64,000 nt of DNA, taken from the IMG/VR virus record IMGVR_UViG_3300016476_001378. One strand, written 5' to 3'. The notes under the pieces were generated by a model, which ran no database searches, was not told the DNA's origin, and saw nothing but the letters and a program-made list of their open reading frames with translations. This stretch comes from a virus (lineage: Duplodnaviria > Caudoviricetes). Within the stretch, counting starts at the first letter, position 1, and each line of letters opens with the position of its first letter. Position numbers and translations under genes: made by a program. Positions 30,648 to 39,686 of this stretch are shown here, piece after piece.

Positions 30648-31029
30648 GGCTTACCCACTTTGCAACAATTGAAAATGGTTCTATGCCTGGCTCTAGAATG
30701 CAATTATAACTCATAGAAATAACCCCTGTCATGTCTTCTACAACTAAGAGGCCCTGGGTTTCTTTGATCATACTTTTAGCTTCAGAGGCAAAGGCTTCTA
30801 ATGTCATTTTTGCCAAAGTTAAAAAATTGCCTCTCATTTGAGTTTGCAAATCATTAACATCCATACTGTCATCTATGTTTTGGAAATACATAGCCGTGGG
30901 ATAAACTTCTGTGTATTCTGTGGTCAGGGGTGCTTCAGAATTAACTAAAGTAAAAGTAACAGCGATTTGATCGCCAGAAACTTCGGTGCTGTTTATAGTG
31001 TATGTTATATCAACATTAAAGTCGGCCAT
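30634..31029 (-). CDS. Acidic hypothetical protein
   Basis: AGGAG SD; start trimmed to MADFN. Confidence 0.65.
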   Translation of the reverse strand: MADFNVDITYTINSTEVSGDQIAVTFTLVNSEAPLTTEYTEVYPTAMYFQNIDDSMDVNDLQTQMRGNFLTLAKMTLEAFASEAKSMIKETQGLLVVEDMTGVISMSYNCILEPGIEPFSIVAKWVSHDNN

Positions 31030-31069
31030 TTTTATTCTCCTATTGTTTCTTTTCAAATTATAAAAGAAA

Positions 31070-31091
31070 ATAACCTCCCGAAGGAGGTTAT
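31070..31091 (-). terminator. Intrinsic terminator after ruvB
   Basis: ATAACCTCC-TTCG-GGAGGTTAT plus TTT; overlaps a promoter-like AGG element. Confidence 0.7.
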
Positions 31092-32215
31092 CATTCTACA
31101 TCAAATCGCTCGCCTGGGAACCATCCATGCTGTACCTGAAGTTGTTTGCACAACTTAAGATAAGCAACAGTGGAAGGGGTTGCTATACGTCCTTGACGAG
31201 TAACTTTAACTAGGGCCCCATCTATGATTTCGCCAGTAGTTGGATCTATAATCTCAATGTCTGGTTGACTCAAGAATGGCTCAATCATGTTTATCACATT
31301 TATCTCCTGCTGATTTATCATACCTGCAAGTGACTTAGAACCAATAGCTTTGCCTTTCTCGCTGTTTAACACGTTGAGATACTGGCGGGAACAACGATCC
31401 AAGCCCAAGAATGGATCTAAATCGAGGCCCTTAATGGTTTTCTCAAGGCATTCTAAATTATAGTCTTCTGAAGACAATACAGCCTTGTGAGAGGTGCCAT
31501 CTACATAGTCATGAAGATTCTTTAGTAGATGCATAGCTCTGCGCGGGGTACTTTGGCAAATCTTTGCCATGCTTTCAGTTAGGTCTTTGTCTAAGTCTAC
31601 ATTATATTTCTTCAAAGCAGACTTATTAATCATAAGTGAAAGCTCTTCGATAGTATAAGGCAGAAGCGATGGCTTCCAGCCGAATCGCTCCAAGAAAGGC
31701 TGATTGAGATTTCCAGCGTGAGTAGTCGCGCCTATCACAGTAAAGCGAGGGTATTCGATTCTTCCATGACCTCCACCCTCACGACGAATGTAATAGCAGA
31801 AGTCTTCCATGATAGTGTAAAACAATTCTTGAATCTCTTTTTTCATTGCATGAATTTCATCAATGAAGAGAACCATACCTTCAGTGACTGTTCGTTGCAT
31901 AAGGTGATAAAGATCAAGTTCTGTTTTAATGTTAGCAGCCATACACTCATGGAAATCTACACCAAGTTCGTTGGCAATAATTTTGGCAAGGGTTGTTTTG
32001 CCAGCGCCAGAATAACCCAACAATAAGGTGTGAGTCATAGGGGTCCCTGTTTTTTTAGCAAGATTTACCTTTAAACGCACTTGCTCGCGAATAAAATCTT
32101 GACCGATATAATCATCCAGAAGCAATGGCCTTTGTGCCATGTTGGTATCCACAGCGAATTCTTCGATAGCTGGGGCTGGTGTCTCAAGTTTAAAAATCTT
32201 AAATAGTGCGTTCAT
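31091..32215 (-). CDS. ruvB: Holliday junction branch-migration ATPase RuvB
   Basis: RP..L.DYIGQ, H.LL.G.SGAGKTTLA.IIANEL, VLFIDEIH, FTVIGATT..G.L..P...RFG, TPR.A..LL, IEPFL. Confidence 0.92.
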   Translation of the reverse strand: MNALFKIFKLETPAPAIEEFAVDTNMAQRPLLLDDYIGQDFIREQVRLKVNLAKKTGTPMTHTLLLGYSGAGKTTLAKIIANELGVDFHECMAANIKTELDLYHLMQRTVTEGMVLFIDEIHAMKKEIQELFYTIMEDFCYYIRREGGGHGRIEYPRFTVIGATTHAGNLNQPFLERFGWKPSLLPYTIEELSLMINKSALKKYNVDLDKDLTESMAKICQSTPRRAMHLLKNLHDYVDGTSHKAVLSSEDYNLECLEKTIKGLDLDPFLGLDRCSRQYLNVLNSEKGKAIGSKSLAGMINQQEINVINMIEPFLSQPDIEIIDPTTGEIIDGALVKVTRQGRIATPSTVAYLKLCKQLQVQHGWFPGERFDVE

Positions 32216-32285
32216 TTCATAAATCTCCTTACTATTATAGTACGCCCCCTTTATTTTTAAGATATAATTTAAAGGGGGCTGAGAT

Positions 32286-32528
32286 TTAAAGAATTAGAAT
32301 GTAATTACTACCGACTTCATCGTCGATTACAATTTTAACATCATTAAAAGTAACAGGGTCTTTGCCCACTTCTTCTTCTAATTCTGCGTAAACGCTAGGC
32401 GGGACAATTATGATCTTTGGCTCAGATTCATAAATGTTTTTATAATTAATCAGAGCTTCTTCCAACACCTCACAGATGTAGACAGAAGACAGGCACTCAG
32501 TGGGTTCATCGTTCATTTTTTCCTCCAA
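32286..32528 (-). CDS. Small acidic hypothetical protein
   Basis: 80-aa ORF; true start probably MNDEP after GGAGG. Confidence 0.55.
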   Translation of the reverse strand: MEEKMNDEPTECLSSVYICEVLEEALINYKNIYESEPKIIIVPPSVYAELEEEVGKDPVTFNDVKIVIDDEVGSNYILIL

Positions 32529-32613
32529 CCGGACCAGTTCTGTTAAGTTTATAATAACTATAACAGTATGGTTAGTTTCGAACCTTAACTAAATTTTTCC
32601 TGTATTATTCTTA

Positions 32614-33438
32614 ATGGAGAAAAATGTTATGAGACAATTTTTAGTAATCTTTTGCAGCAGCGTTCAAGAAGCTTTAACAACAGCAGCAGCTCTGCCACCC
32701 TATAAAGATTTACCACGCTTCTATGTGTTAAACTGCGAAAAGCCAAGCTCAGATAATTTAAACTGGTTGCGGCCCGTTGATGATTACATCTGTTTGGGTA
32801 AGGTTACTGAATTAGGTAATCATACTGAGATTTCTATCAGATCTGCTATTCTTTACATTCCAAACTGGTGGCACCTTTTATTCTGCAATGCAAATGATTT
32901 GCCGCCTATTGAAGAAGTAAATGAAGCAAGGCGACAAATTGATTCAAATGTTGGCTTTGTTCAGATGCCAAAAATTTGGGGTATTTCAAAAGAGCACTTA
33001 TTACTTTTTGGCTTAGGGAAAATTTTTGGTTCAGGCACAATTAAAAATGAAGCTGAAGTGCTTGAATCTGAGTTAGATATTGTAAGAGCCCTAAGGGGCG
33101 AGCCTGTAAATATTGAAGCTATCAAAAAAGCATTTGTTGAAGTTGTTTCAACTAATGGCATGATCTTCCAAGGCGCTATGCCTTCTATGGGCAAAGAAGA
33201 AAAAGAATTCATTGATTACATGGTAAAGACATTTAATGTAGTGCCTGAAAACCCTGGGGTGATTTTTATTTCACCTAACACTTCAAATAAGGGTTTTGAA
33301 ATGCTATTAGACCAAATCAGCTCGCAAACCATGATTGCTGTTGTTGATAAAGAAGATAAAGCTTATGAAAAAGAACCTTACATGAAATTTAATTGTGATA
33401 ATGAATTCTTTGTCAAGGTTTATACAAAAGGGGGCTAA
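32614..33438 (+). CDS. Hypothetical protein
   Basis: 274-aa ORF. Confidence 0.65.
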   Translation: MEKNVMRQFLVIFCSSVQEALTTAAALPPYKDLPRFYVLNCEKPSSDNLNWLRPVDDYICLGKVTELGNHTEISIRSAILYIPNWWHLLFCNANDLPPIEEVNEARRQIDSNVGFVQMPKIWGISKEHLLLFGLGKIFGSGTIKNEAEVLESELDIVRALRGEPVNIEAIKKAFVEVVSTNGMIFQGAMPSMGKEEKEFIDYMVKTFNVVPENPGVIFISPNTSNKGFEMLLDQISSQTMIAVVDKEDKAYEKEPYMKFNCDNEFFVKVYTKGG

Positions 33439-33451
33439 AAGCCCCCTTTTT
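33427..33451. terminator. Bidirectional terminator
   Basis: AAAGGGGGC-TAAAA-GCCCCCTTT between convergent genes. Confidence 0.75.
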
Positions 33452-34844
33452 ATTCCGGTTCAGCAGAACCCTCAAAAATTATTCCCTTTGTTTCTGGGAA
33501 TTCTTTAAACCATTTGTGCAAAGCCTCTCTACAATGCTCAGCGTATTTATAATGGGCCCCAATACCTGTTCTTAATTCCATTTCATAGAGGAATTTATCA
33601 GCAGTGGTTGTATGTTCAAAATAATATTTGTGACCCAAGCTGGTAAAGTAAATGTACTCAGGATGCTCTCGCATCATTTCTCTTGCTTGATTAGTTGTTG
33701 ATTTGAAATTCTTATAAAGGCTATAAACATTATCAATCAAATTCAAGTTAGTAGTGTTTTCCTTTGGAATTTGGTCTGTTGAGCCATAAAATCCGATAGG
33801 TAAAAGCGGGCAATATTTAGTGCCTGTTCTATGCCTGTTAAGGTCTCTAATTTCTCCAAAGCTGATACCATACCATGCAAACTTAACAGTAGTCCGGGAG
33901 ACTACGGAACCAAAAGGAGAATACCTATTTGTTCTATGCTGGCAAGCTGTTTTGTATACTTCCTTAGAGCAATTCATGTCTTCTGCCCAAAAATGTGTTT
34001 CTGTTTGATTGTCGTTTAAGATTTCATCAGAATCAATGTTGTCAAGGACAATTTGTCGCTCAAGATTTAAATAATCTTTTAAAGCTTGTGTTGGCTTTGT
34101 ATGCTTTAATAATCTAGGGGCCCCAATTGACATTTGTTCGGCAATTTGTTGACCGATTAAATTCAATTCCTTTAATGGATGTGATTGAAGGTGAGCAGAA
34201 ATACCAGCCCAGGCTCTTGCAGACTGAACCATCATAACGCCAGTGGATGCAGCAAGAGGGATGTAAACTCTTGCACGATCAAAAGCATAATTTCTTCTCA
34301 TGCGGGCTACAGCTTTAATATCTTTATCAGATGTAGATTCTAGAAGCGATTTTGGAATCTTAGTTTCTTCTGGATGCAAATTAGACAACTCTGTCCAAGA
34401 TTCAAGAGCAGATTGGTAATTTTCAAAAGCCTTCTGGTTATAAGCGTTGAATGATTCTCTCAGATGTTCAGGGATGCCGAGCGTTTCAGCGTCAACAAGG
34501 CCAGAAACATCCATCTTAATGTATCTTGTAGAACATTCTTGGCCACCCGCAGTCGGGGACAGTGTCCACAAATAATAAGCAGCAAATTGAGAAACGCCAT
34601 CAATAAAGAGCGCAATAGGGGTCATATCTGCAATGCTTTGATGACCATAGTCGATCATCTTGAAAATGCCATCTACAGATTTGTTTGTGTTGTTAAAATC
34701 AATCTTAGAAGCGATAACATCCAAGCCTTCATTATTTCTGCTATAACGTGCTCCCGTCGCTGCCAAAAGCTCTGGTGTCAAAGCGTAACAACCCAATTCT
34801 TCTGCTCTCTCGGTTGGAGCTATTGATACATACTGAACTTTCAT
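33450..34844 (-). CDS. thyX: FAD-dependent thymidylate synthase, long tandem-domain type
   Basis: ARYSR, YGHQSIADM, QE.STRY, AFD.AR.Y.PLA..T, RDLNRHR, Y.MELRT..GAH..Y. Confidence 0.85.
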   Translation of the reverse strand: MKVQYVSIAPTERAEELGCYALTPELLAATGARYSRNNEGLDVIASKIDFNNTNKSVDGIFKMIDYGHQSIADMTPIALFIDGVSQFAAYYLWTLSPTAGGQECSTRYIKMDVSGLVDAETLGIPEHLRESFNAYNQKAFENYQSALESWTELSNLHPEETKIPKSLLESTSDKDIKAVARMRRNYAFDRARVYIPLAASTGVMMVQSARAWAGISAHLQSHPLKELNLIGQQIAEQMSIGAPRLLKHTKPTQALKDYLNLERQIVLDNIDSDEILNDNQTETHFWAEDMNCSKEVYKTACQHRTNRYSPFGSVVSRTTVKFAWYGISFGEIRDLNRHRTGTKYCPLLPIGFYGSTDQIPKENTTNLNLIDNVYSLYKNFKSTTNQAREMMREHPEYIYFTSLGHKYYFEHTTTADKFLYEMELRTGIGAHYKYAEHCREALHKWFKEFPETKGIIFEGSAEPE

Positions 34845-35003
34845 CTTATCTTTCCCTATTGATGGTTATAAAAAATAAAAATCTGAGTTTTCTTGGACAG
34901 GGCCCCTTATACCTTTAATAGAGGATGTAATCCCAATACTAACTCAGACCACCTTATTATTGTTTGTTTTGGCATAAAACAGCCCTCTGTTTTTTATACA
35001 AGT

Positions 35004-35029
35004 AGGAGGCCCCCAATTTTTTTATGAAT
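35004..35029 (+). promoter_or_regulatory. Sigma-H-like promoter AGGA-N18-GAAT (best example of the recurrent motif)
   Basis: AGGA at 35004, GAAT at 35026; same spacing at about 11 other upstream sites. Confidence 0.65.
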
Positions 35030-35078
35030 AGATATAATAATTTGGGTAAAGAAATTTATCACTTTGGAGCGTGTTTAA

Positions 35079-36089
35079 ATGAGTAGTTCATTTTCCTATT
35101 TAGATAACCAAAACAAGAAGTTCCGAGTTACAGTGAGCGTTCCTCCTTTTGTAGCTTCTACTTCTTCATTTATGGTCACAGTAAATCCCATACCATCTTT
35201 TTGTAGAATAGACAAGATCACTTTGTTGGCATCTGGCATGCCTTCCAGCACAACTATTAACCTTACTGTTTTAAATGACGGAGCTGGCTGGGCAGCTGCA
35301 AGCGGCACATACGCTAAGTTGCCTTTTATTGAAGGTACAAACTCTGCTGTAATGGCCAGTAATATTGCACAATTCCAATGGACATCTGGTATGTATTACA
35401 GAGACGCTTACAGAACCAATTGCCTCCATTTAAACTTCGCAAACAATTCATTTACAGCTGGCGATACATTTACAGTAATTGTAGAGGGTGTACAAACAGC
35501 CCCTTATTCAATTGCTGATTATGACACAACTCCATTTATTGGTGACAACACTTGGAGAATCTTGAGAGTTGACAGCAGCAACAACGTTTATGATCTTACC
35601 CAACAATTAACAAGAAATGGTAATCCTTATGGATTGGGTTCCACTCTTGAAAATTCAGAAAGCTTTACTGCCTTTGGAGCAGCGGGCGATTATTTATACA
35701 TTGGCTCACAAAGAGCATGGTCAAGTGCTATGTTCTTAGTTCCTAGTTATTCACAAAACAGAACTGCTGTAACTTTTGCTAATACCGCAGACGGTTCTAC
35801 ATGGAATACAACCACAAACGTACAAGATAACACATCTAATGGCATGAATACAGTATCAAGCTTGAGCTATTCTGGTGTTATTAAAGTTACTTCTTGGTCA
35901 GCGGCGGCTCCAGTCAAATTAAGCTTTGACCCAATGACAATTGCAGAAAACAACTACAATGATTTTACCCAAAACATTGCAAGGCCTGGTGGATTTTTCT
36001 ATAACCCAGAGCGTTATTGGCTAAGAATGAAGTTTGCGTCTATCACTCCTAGCACATTAAAGCTTGCAGGCATTATGCCTGTAAGATAA
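35079..36089 (+). CDS. Probable virion structural protein (beta-rich)
   Basis: Ser/Thr/Asn-rich; DYLYIGS...DNTS......S.SG.I...RYWLRM pattern; has its own motif promoter and terminator. Confidence 0.6.
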   Translation: MSSSFSYLDNQNKKFRVTVSVPPFVASTSSFMVTVNPIPSFCRIDKITLLASGMPSSTTINLTVLNDGAGWAAASGTYAKLPFIEGTNSAVMASNIAQFQWTSGMYYRDAYRTNCLHLNFANNSFTAGDTFTVIVEGVQTAPYSIADYDTTPFIGDNTWRILRVDSSNNVYDLTQQLTRNGNPYGLGSTLENSESFTAFGAAGDYLYIGSQRAWSSAMFLVPSYSQNRTAVTFANTADGSTWNTTTNVQDNTSNGMNTVSSLSYSGVIKVTSWSAAAPVKLSFDPMTIAENNYNDFTQNIARPGGFFYNPERYWLRMKFASITPSTLKLAGIMPVR

Positions 36090-36105
36090 TCTTCTAGATA
36101 ACAAT

Positions 36106-36133
36106 TAAGGGGGCTGAATCAGCCTCCTTTTTT
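36106..36133 (+). terminator. Intrinsic terminator
   Basis: AAGGGGGCTG-AAT-CAGCCTCCTT plus T-run. Confidence 0.7.
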
Positions 36134-36171
36134 ATTTGTATAATCTTGTTATCTTTGGATTGGATACACGA

Positions 36172-36492
36172 ATGGAAAAATCAAACTTACAAATAGCTTC
36201 CGATGAAATTACAGAAGAGCTTATTAGAATCAAGCAAAACAATTTTGACGCGATAGAAGAATTTACAGCAGAGCAAATTGTTGAATTATTAGATGAAAAT
36301 TTAATTTCTACCGATGTAATTATTGAAAGCTACACTCTTGTCAATCAAATGACCTTTGCAGATTCTGTCAATTATAAAGCTCTTAGCAAATTAGCTCAAA
36401 CAATAGAGCTTGTTCAGCATTGGATTAAAACTCATGTTATTGACGGCGAGGATTTAGATCTTTCTATCCTAGAATCAGATGACGATCTCTAA
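36172..36492 (+). CDS. Acidic hypothetical protein
   Basis: Start trimmed to MEKSN. Confidence 0.6.
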   Translation: MEKSNLQIASDEITEELIRIKQNNFDAIEEFTAEQIVELLDENLISTDVIIESYTLVNQMTFADSVNYKALSKLAQTIELVQHWIKTHVIDGEDLDLSILESDDDL

Positions 36493-36865
36493 ATTAGATT
36501 GGTCCTCCCTAAAAGAAGAGACCAAAAATAAACTTTTATCATTAGCCCCCAAAAAAGATTTAGATAGTTTTTGTTACATAGAAGAAAATCAATCTTTTGC
36601 TGTTATTGAAAATCCAAAAATCACCCGACCCTTGGGTTGTTTAACTTGTTTGGAGGGTGAAAAGGGACAAGATGAGTTTGGAAATATAACTTTAGGGGGC
36701 CTCACTTTATTAAATTACAAAGATTTAATAGATCTGGAGAAATTGCCAGCAACTAGTGAGGCATCTCTAGAAATGGCCCCTAATGTTTGGATCTGTCCTA
36801 ATTGTGAAAGATGGATTTTTGATTATTTGCCTAAATATGATACTATACCAACTCATTGGAGATAA
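36479..36865 (+). CDS. Hypothetical protein with two CxxC pairs
   Basis: CLTC and CPNC. Confidence 0.6.
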   Translation: MTISKLDWSSLKEETKNKLLSLAPKKDLDSFCYIEENQSFAVIENPKITRPLGCLTCLEGEKGQDEFGNITLGGLTLLNYKDLIDLEKLPATSEASLEMAPNVWICPNCERWIFDYLPKYDTIPTHWR

Positions 36866-36867
36866 AA

Positions 36868-37293
36868 ATGTCAGCTTATAAAACCATCAAATGTGCTTTT
36901 AAAGATTTAGATCTTTTAATTAAAGCCCTGGAAGATCTTGGCTTCAAACCTGCTGTTCATAAAGAGGCCCAAAATCTACGCGGTTACATGAATGACACGA
37001 GAGAGCAAAAAGCTGAAATTATTATTCCAAAAGAACAGCTTAATAAAAACTTCACCAAAGCAAGCAATGATTTAGGTTTCGTATGGAATGAAGAGACTGA
37101 ACAATATGACATGATTTGCTCAGAGTATGATGAAAAATTAAAACTTCCTGGCAGAATTAAACAAGCTTATGCGAAAGCTGTAATAGAGGAAGCTTTAGAG
37201 TCTCAATATTTCTCAGTAGAGTCTACGAGCGCTGAAGATCTCAAACAGAGAAAACAAATCAAAGTGCAAATAGTTGGTAAAAAATACATCTAA
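36868..37293 (+). CDS. DUF1257 (Ycf35-like) protein
   Basis: MS...IK....D...L..AL.DLG...LRGY......AEI.I......NDLGF.WN....YD.I...YD.......KQ.YA. Confidence 0.8.
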   Translation: MSAYKTIKCAFKDLDLLIKALEDLGFKPAVHKEAQNLRGYMNDTREQKAEIIIPKEQLNKNFTKASNDLGFVWNEETEQYDMICSEYDEKLKLPGRIKQAYAKAVIEEALESQYFSVESTSAEDLKQRKQIKVQIVGKKYI

Positions 37294-37305
37294 GGAAACT
37301 AAAAA

Positions 37306-37515
37306 ATGCCTAAGCCAATAGATTTAGTTATAGAAATTTCAGAAGATGGTGACATCATTGTTAAAGTTAACGGCACTGAAGGCACAGAGTGTTTGGATGT
37401 CATGGCTTTTTTAGACACTATAGATAGCTTGTTAGTAGAAGAAACTATTTCTACAAAAGACATGCAAACAAAAGATGTCCAAACAGTTGGACAGCAAAAT
37501 GTAAAAAGTAAATGA
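37306..37515 (+). CDS. DUF2997 protein
   Basis: I.I..DG.I...V.G..G..C......L; directly follows DUF1257. Confidence 0.75.
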   Translation: MPKPIDLVIEISEDGDIIVKVNGTEGTECLDVMAFLDTIDSLLVEETISTKDMQTKDVQTVGQQNVKSK

Positions 37516-38447
37516 ATCACAGAGCTTTTAATACATCTTATGTTTCTGATGGCAGCTTTATTAAATTAAGTTCAGAATCTAGATTAGCTGATGAGATTTT
37601 TTATTATCAGCAAATTCAATCATTGCCACAGAAGAATTCTTTTGCTGAATTTAAAAATAATCTTTCCAATGGCATAATTTACGTTTTAGAAATAAAAGAT
37701 TATTCTGATAATTATTGTAATTATTTTGAATTCTTAAATAAAGAAAAATCTTTTGATAAAATAGAAAAATCTTTACACAAGATTCTAGATGAATTAATTT
37801 ACATTCATGCTGCCAAACCCCCTAAATTGTTACCTTCTGGTTTGGAAATTGATTTTAAAGAAATCAATAAATCTATGCTTATAACCAAGACAGAATCTGA
37901 ATTTAACAAACTTGCTATAAATGATGATTTTATGGCCCAATTAATTAATTTTGAGTCATTGGTCATCAATGGTAAAACCTATAGTAATTTCAATACAATT
38001 TGGCCCCAAATTAAACAAATCATCATTGATAAGTATTTAGATTTTGATTTAACTTTAATTCATGGTGATTTTTGTTTTGCAAACATTTTAATCAATGATA
38101 AATTAGATTTAAAATTAATTGATCCAAGGGGCTCTTATTGTTTAAAAGGCATTTATGGCGATCCTGCTTATGATTATGCAAAACTATTACATTCAGCTTC
38201 TGGTGATTATGAATATATAGTTTATGATAAATATCAATTAGATTACAATCAAAATGTTATTAATTATAAGTTTGACATTGATTTTAAAATAGATTTAAAA
38301 TCTTTTTTGAATAAAGATAAAATAGAAAAAGCAGAACTCATACAAGGTCTGCTTTTCATCTCGATGTGTTCGAGGCATTATGATTCTTTAGAACATCAGA
38401 TAATTATGTACTGCCAAGGAATTAAAATTTTAAACAACTGGTTGTGA
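37512..38447 (+). CDS. APH/choline-kinase-like phosphotransferase (capsular-biosynthesis type)
   Basis: HGDFCFANIL, KLIDPRG, YGDPAYDYAKLLHS. Confidence 0.8.
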   Translation: MNHRAFNTSYVSDGSFIKLSSESRLADEIFYYQQIQSLPQKNSFAEFKNNLSNGIIYVLEIKDYSDNYCNYFEFLNKEKSFDKIEKSLHKILDELIYIHAAKPPKLLPSGLEIDFKEINKSMLITKTESEFNKLAINDDFMAQLINFESLVINGKTYSNFNTIWPQIKQIIIDKYLDFDLTLIHGDFCFANILINDKLDLKLIDPRGSYCLKGIYGDPAYDYAKLLHSASGDYEYIVYDKYQLDYNQNVINYKFDIDFKIDLKSFLNKDKIEKAELIQGLLFISMCSRHYDSLEHQIIMYCQGIKILNNWL

Positions 38448-38744
38448 TTCTATCCATTGTTTTAAATCAGATGCCATAACATCAGCCTGAACTTTAGCTT
38501 GTTCTGCTGCCATTTTCGCAGCTTGTGATACTAAATAATTTCTTGTAATTTCCATTACATAATAAGCTATACAATCCTCTACATACATCTCTGGTGTAAC
38601 GGGGTTTGGTATAGTATTGCCAGCTAAATCTTGTACTTCAGCTTGATAAGAAGTATTATAAGGTTGACATTGAATAAATGCATCTACCACCGATTGAGCA
38701 TCAATGTCCCTTACTGGAATGTTAATTGTAAATCCGATCGGCAT
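38430..38744 (-). CDS. Hypothetical protein, paralogue of the next gene's N-terminal domain
   Basis: GFTINIP.R..DA..V..AF...NP.T.E..V. Confidence 0.7.
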   Translation of the reverse strand: MPIGFTINIPVRDIDAQSVVDAFIQCQPYNTSYQAEVQDLAGNTIPNPVTPEMYVEDCIAYYVMEITRNYLVSQAAKMAAEQAKVQADVMASDLKQWIESQPVV

Positions 38745-38749
38745 TGTTT

Positions 38750-39607
38750 TTATCCTTGGGTATCATAAATTGTAATGTCAACGGCTGTAACATTACTCTC
38801 AAGACTATCATCTGAAGCTTTAAATGTAAAACTATCTGTTCCAATAAAATCTTGATTTGGTGTGTAAGTTAAATCAGGAACAGTGCCAGTTAGGGAGCCG
38901 TTTAATGGCTGGCCAATGATTGTGTAATTTAAAGTGGGGCCCACATTGTCTGAACAAGTTAATGTAATATTTGCACTATTGTTTTTATTTAAAGTAATAG
39001 ACTGTGGATGGGCTGTAATTGTTCTATGAACAGTGATATTAATGGTGCCCTCTAAGCTATTCTTAGTTCCATTGTTAGCTTTAAATTTAAATAAATCGGA
39101 GCCATAAAAATCTGGGCTTGGGACATAAACATAATCAGGAGAAACACCCTCTAAGGTGCCATGGGTTGGCTGAGATGTTATTTCAAATGTGAGTGGTAAA
39201 TTATCGGGATCTGTGCCTGTAAGTGTAACGATTAATGAGCTGTTTTTGTTTGTGATAACAGATTGATTGTCGATTGATGGGAAATTTTCAAATACAGCAC
39301 TACCACCAATAGATTCCATTCTTCTATTATCAAACCATTGCCCTACTTCTATTGCCCTTGCTTGTGCAGCTTCATTTGCAGCAGCTCTTGCTGCCAATTC
39401 TTCAGTTTTTACTAAATGCATTTTTACTATGTCAAGCATAAAATTAACACATTTTTGTTGAACAAACTCTTCTTTTGTAATTGGATTATTTACAAATAAG
39501 CCGCCAACTTCAATAGAAGGTACATAACCATAAGAAGCAGCAAAAGCCTCTTTTACATCTTCTGCATCTTCTGTTCTAATTGGAATATTGATGGTAAAAC
39601 CTTGCAT
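38750..39607 (-). CDS. Protein with two Ig-like (Big_9/cadherin-like) repeats
   Basis: DPD..PLTF.I..QP.HGTL.G..P...Y.P..DF.G.D.F.FKA, twice. Confidence 0.8.
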   Translation of the reverse strand: MQGFTINIPIRTEDAEDVKEAFAASYGYVPSIEVGGLFVNNPITKEEFVQQKCVNFMLDIVKMHLVKTEELAARAAANEAAQARAIEVGQWFDNRRMESIGGSAVFENFPSIDNQSVITNKNSSLIVTLTGTDPDNLPLTFEITSQPTHGTLEGVSPDYVYVPSPDFYGSDLFKFKANNGTKNSLEGTINITVHRTITAHPQSITLNKNNSANITLTCSDNVGPTLNYTIIGQPLNGSLTGTVPDLTYTPNQDFIGTDSFTFKASDDSLESNVTAVDITIYDTQG

Positions 39608-39686
39608 TATAAAATCTCACTTTGATTTATTTATAATTAAACATTTCAATTTTTGGGCCAAACTAACCTTTGGCATGAAAATTGCA

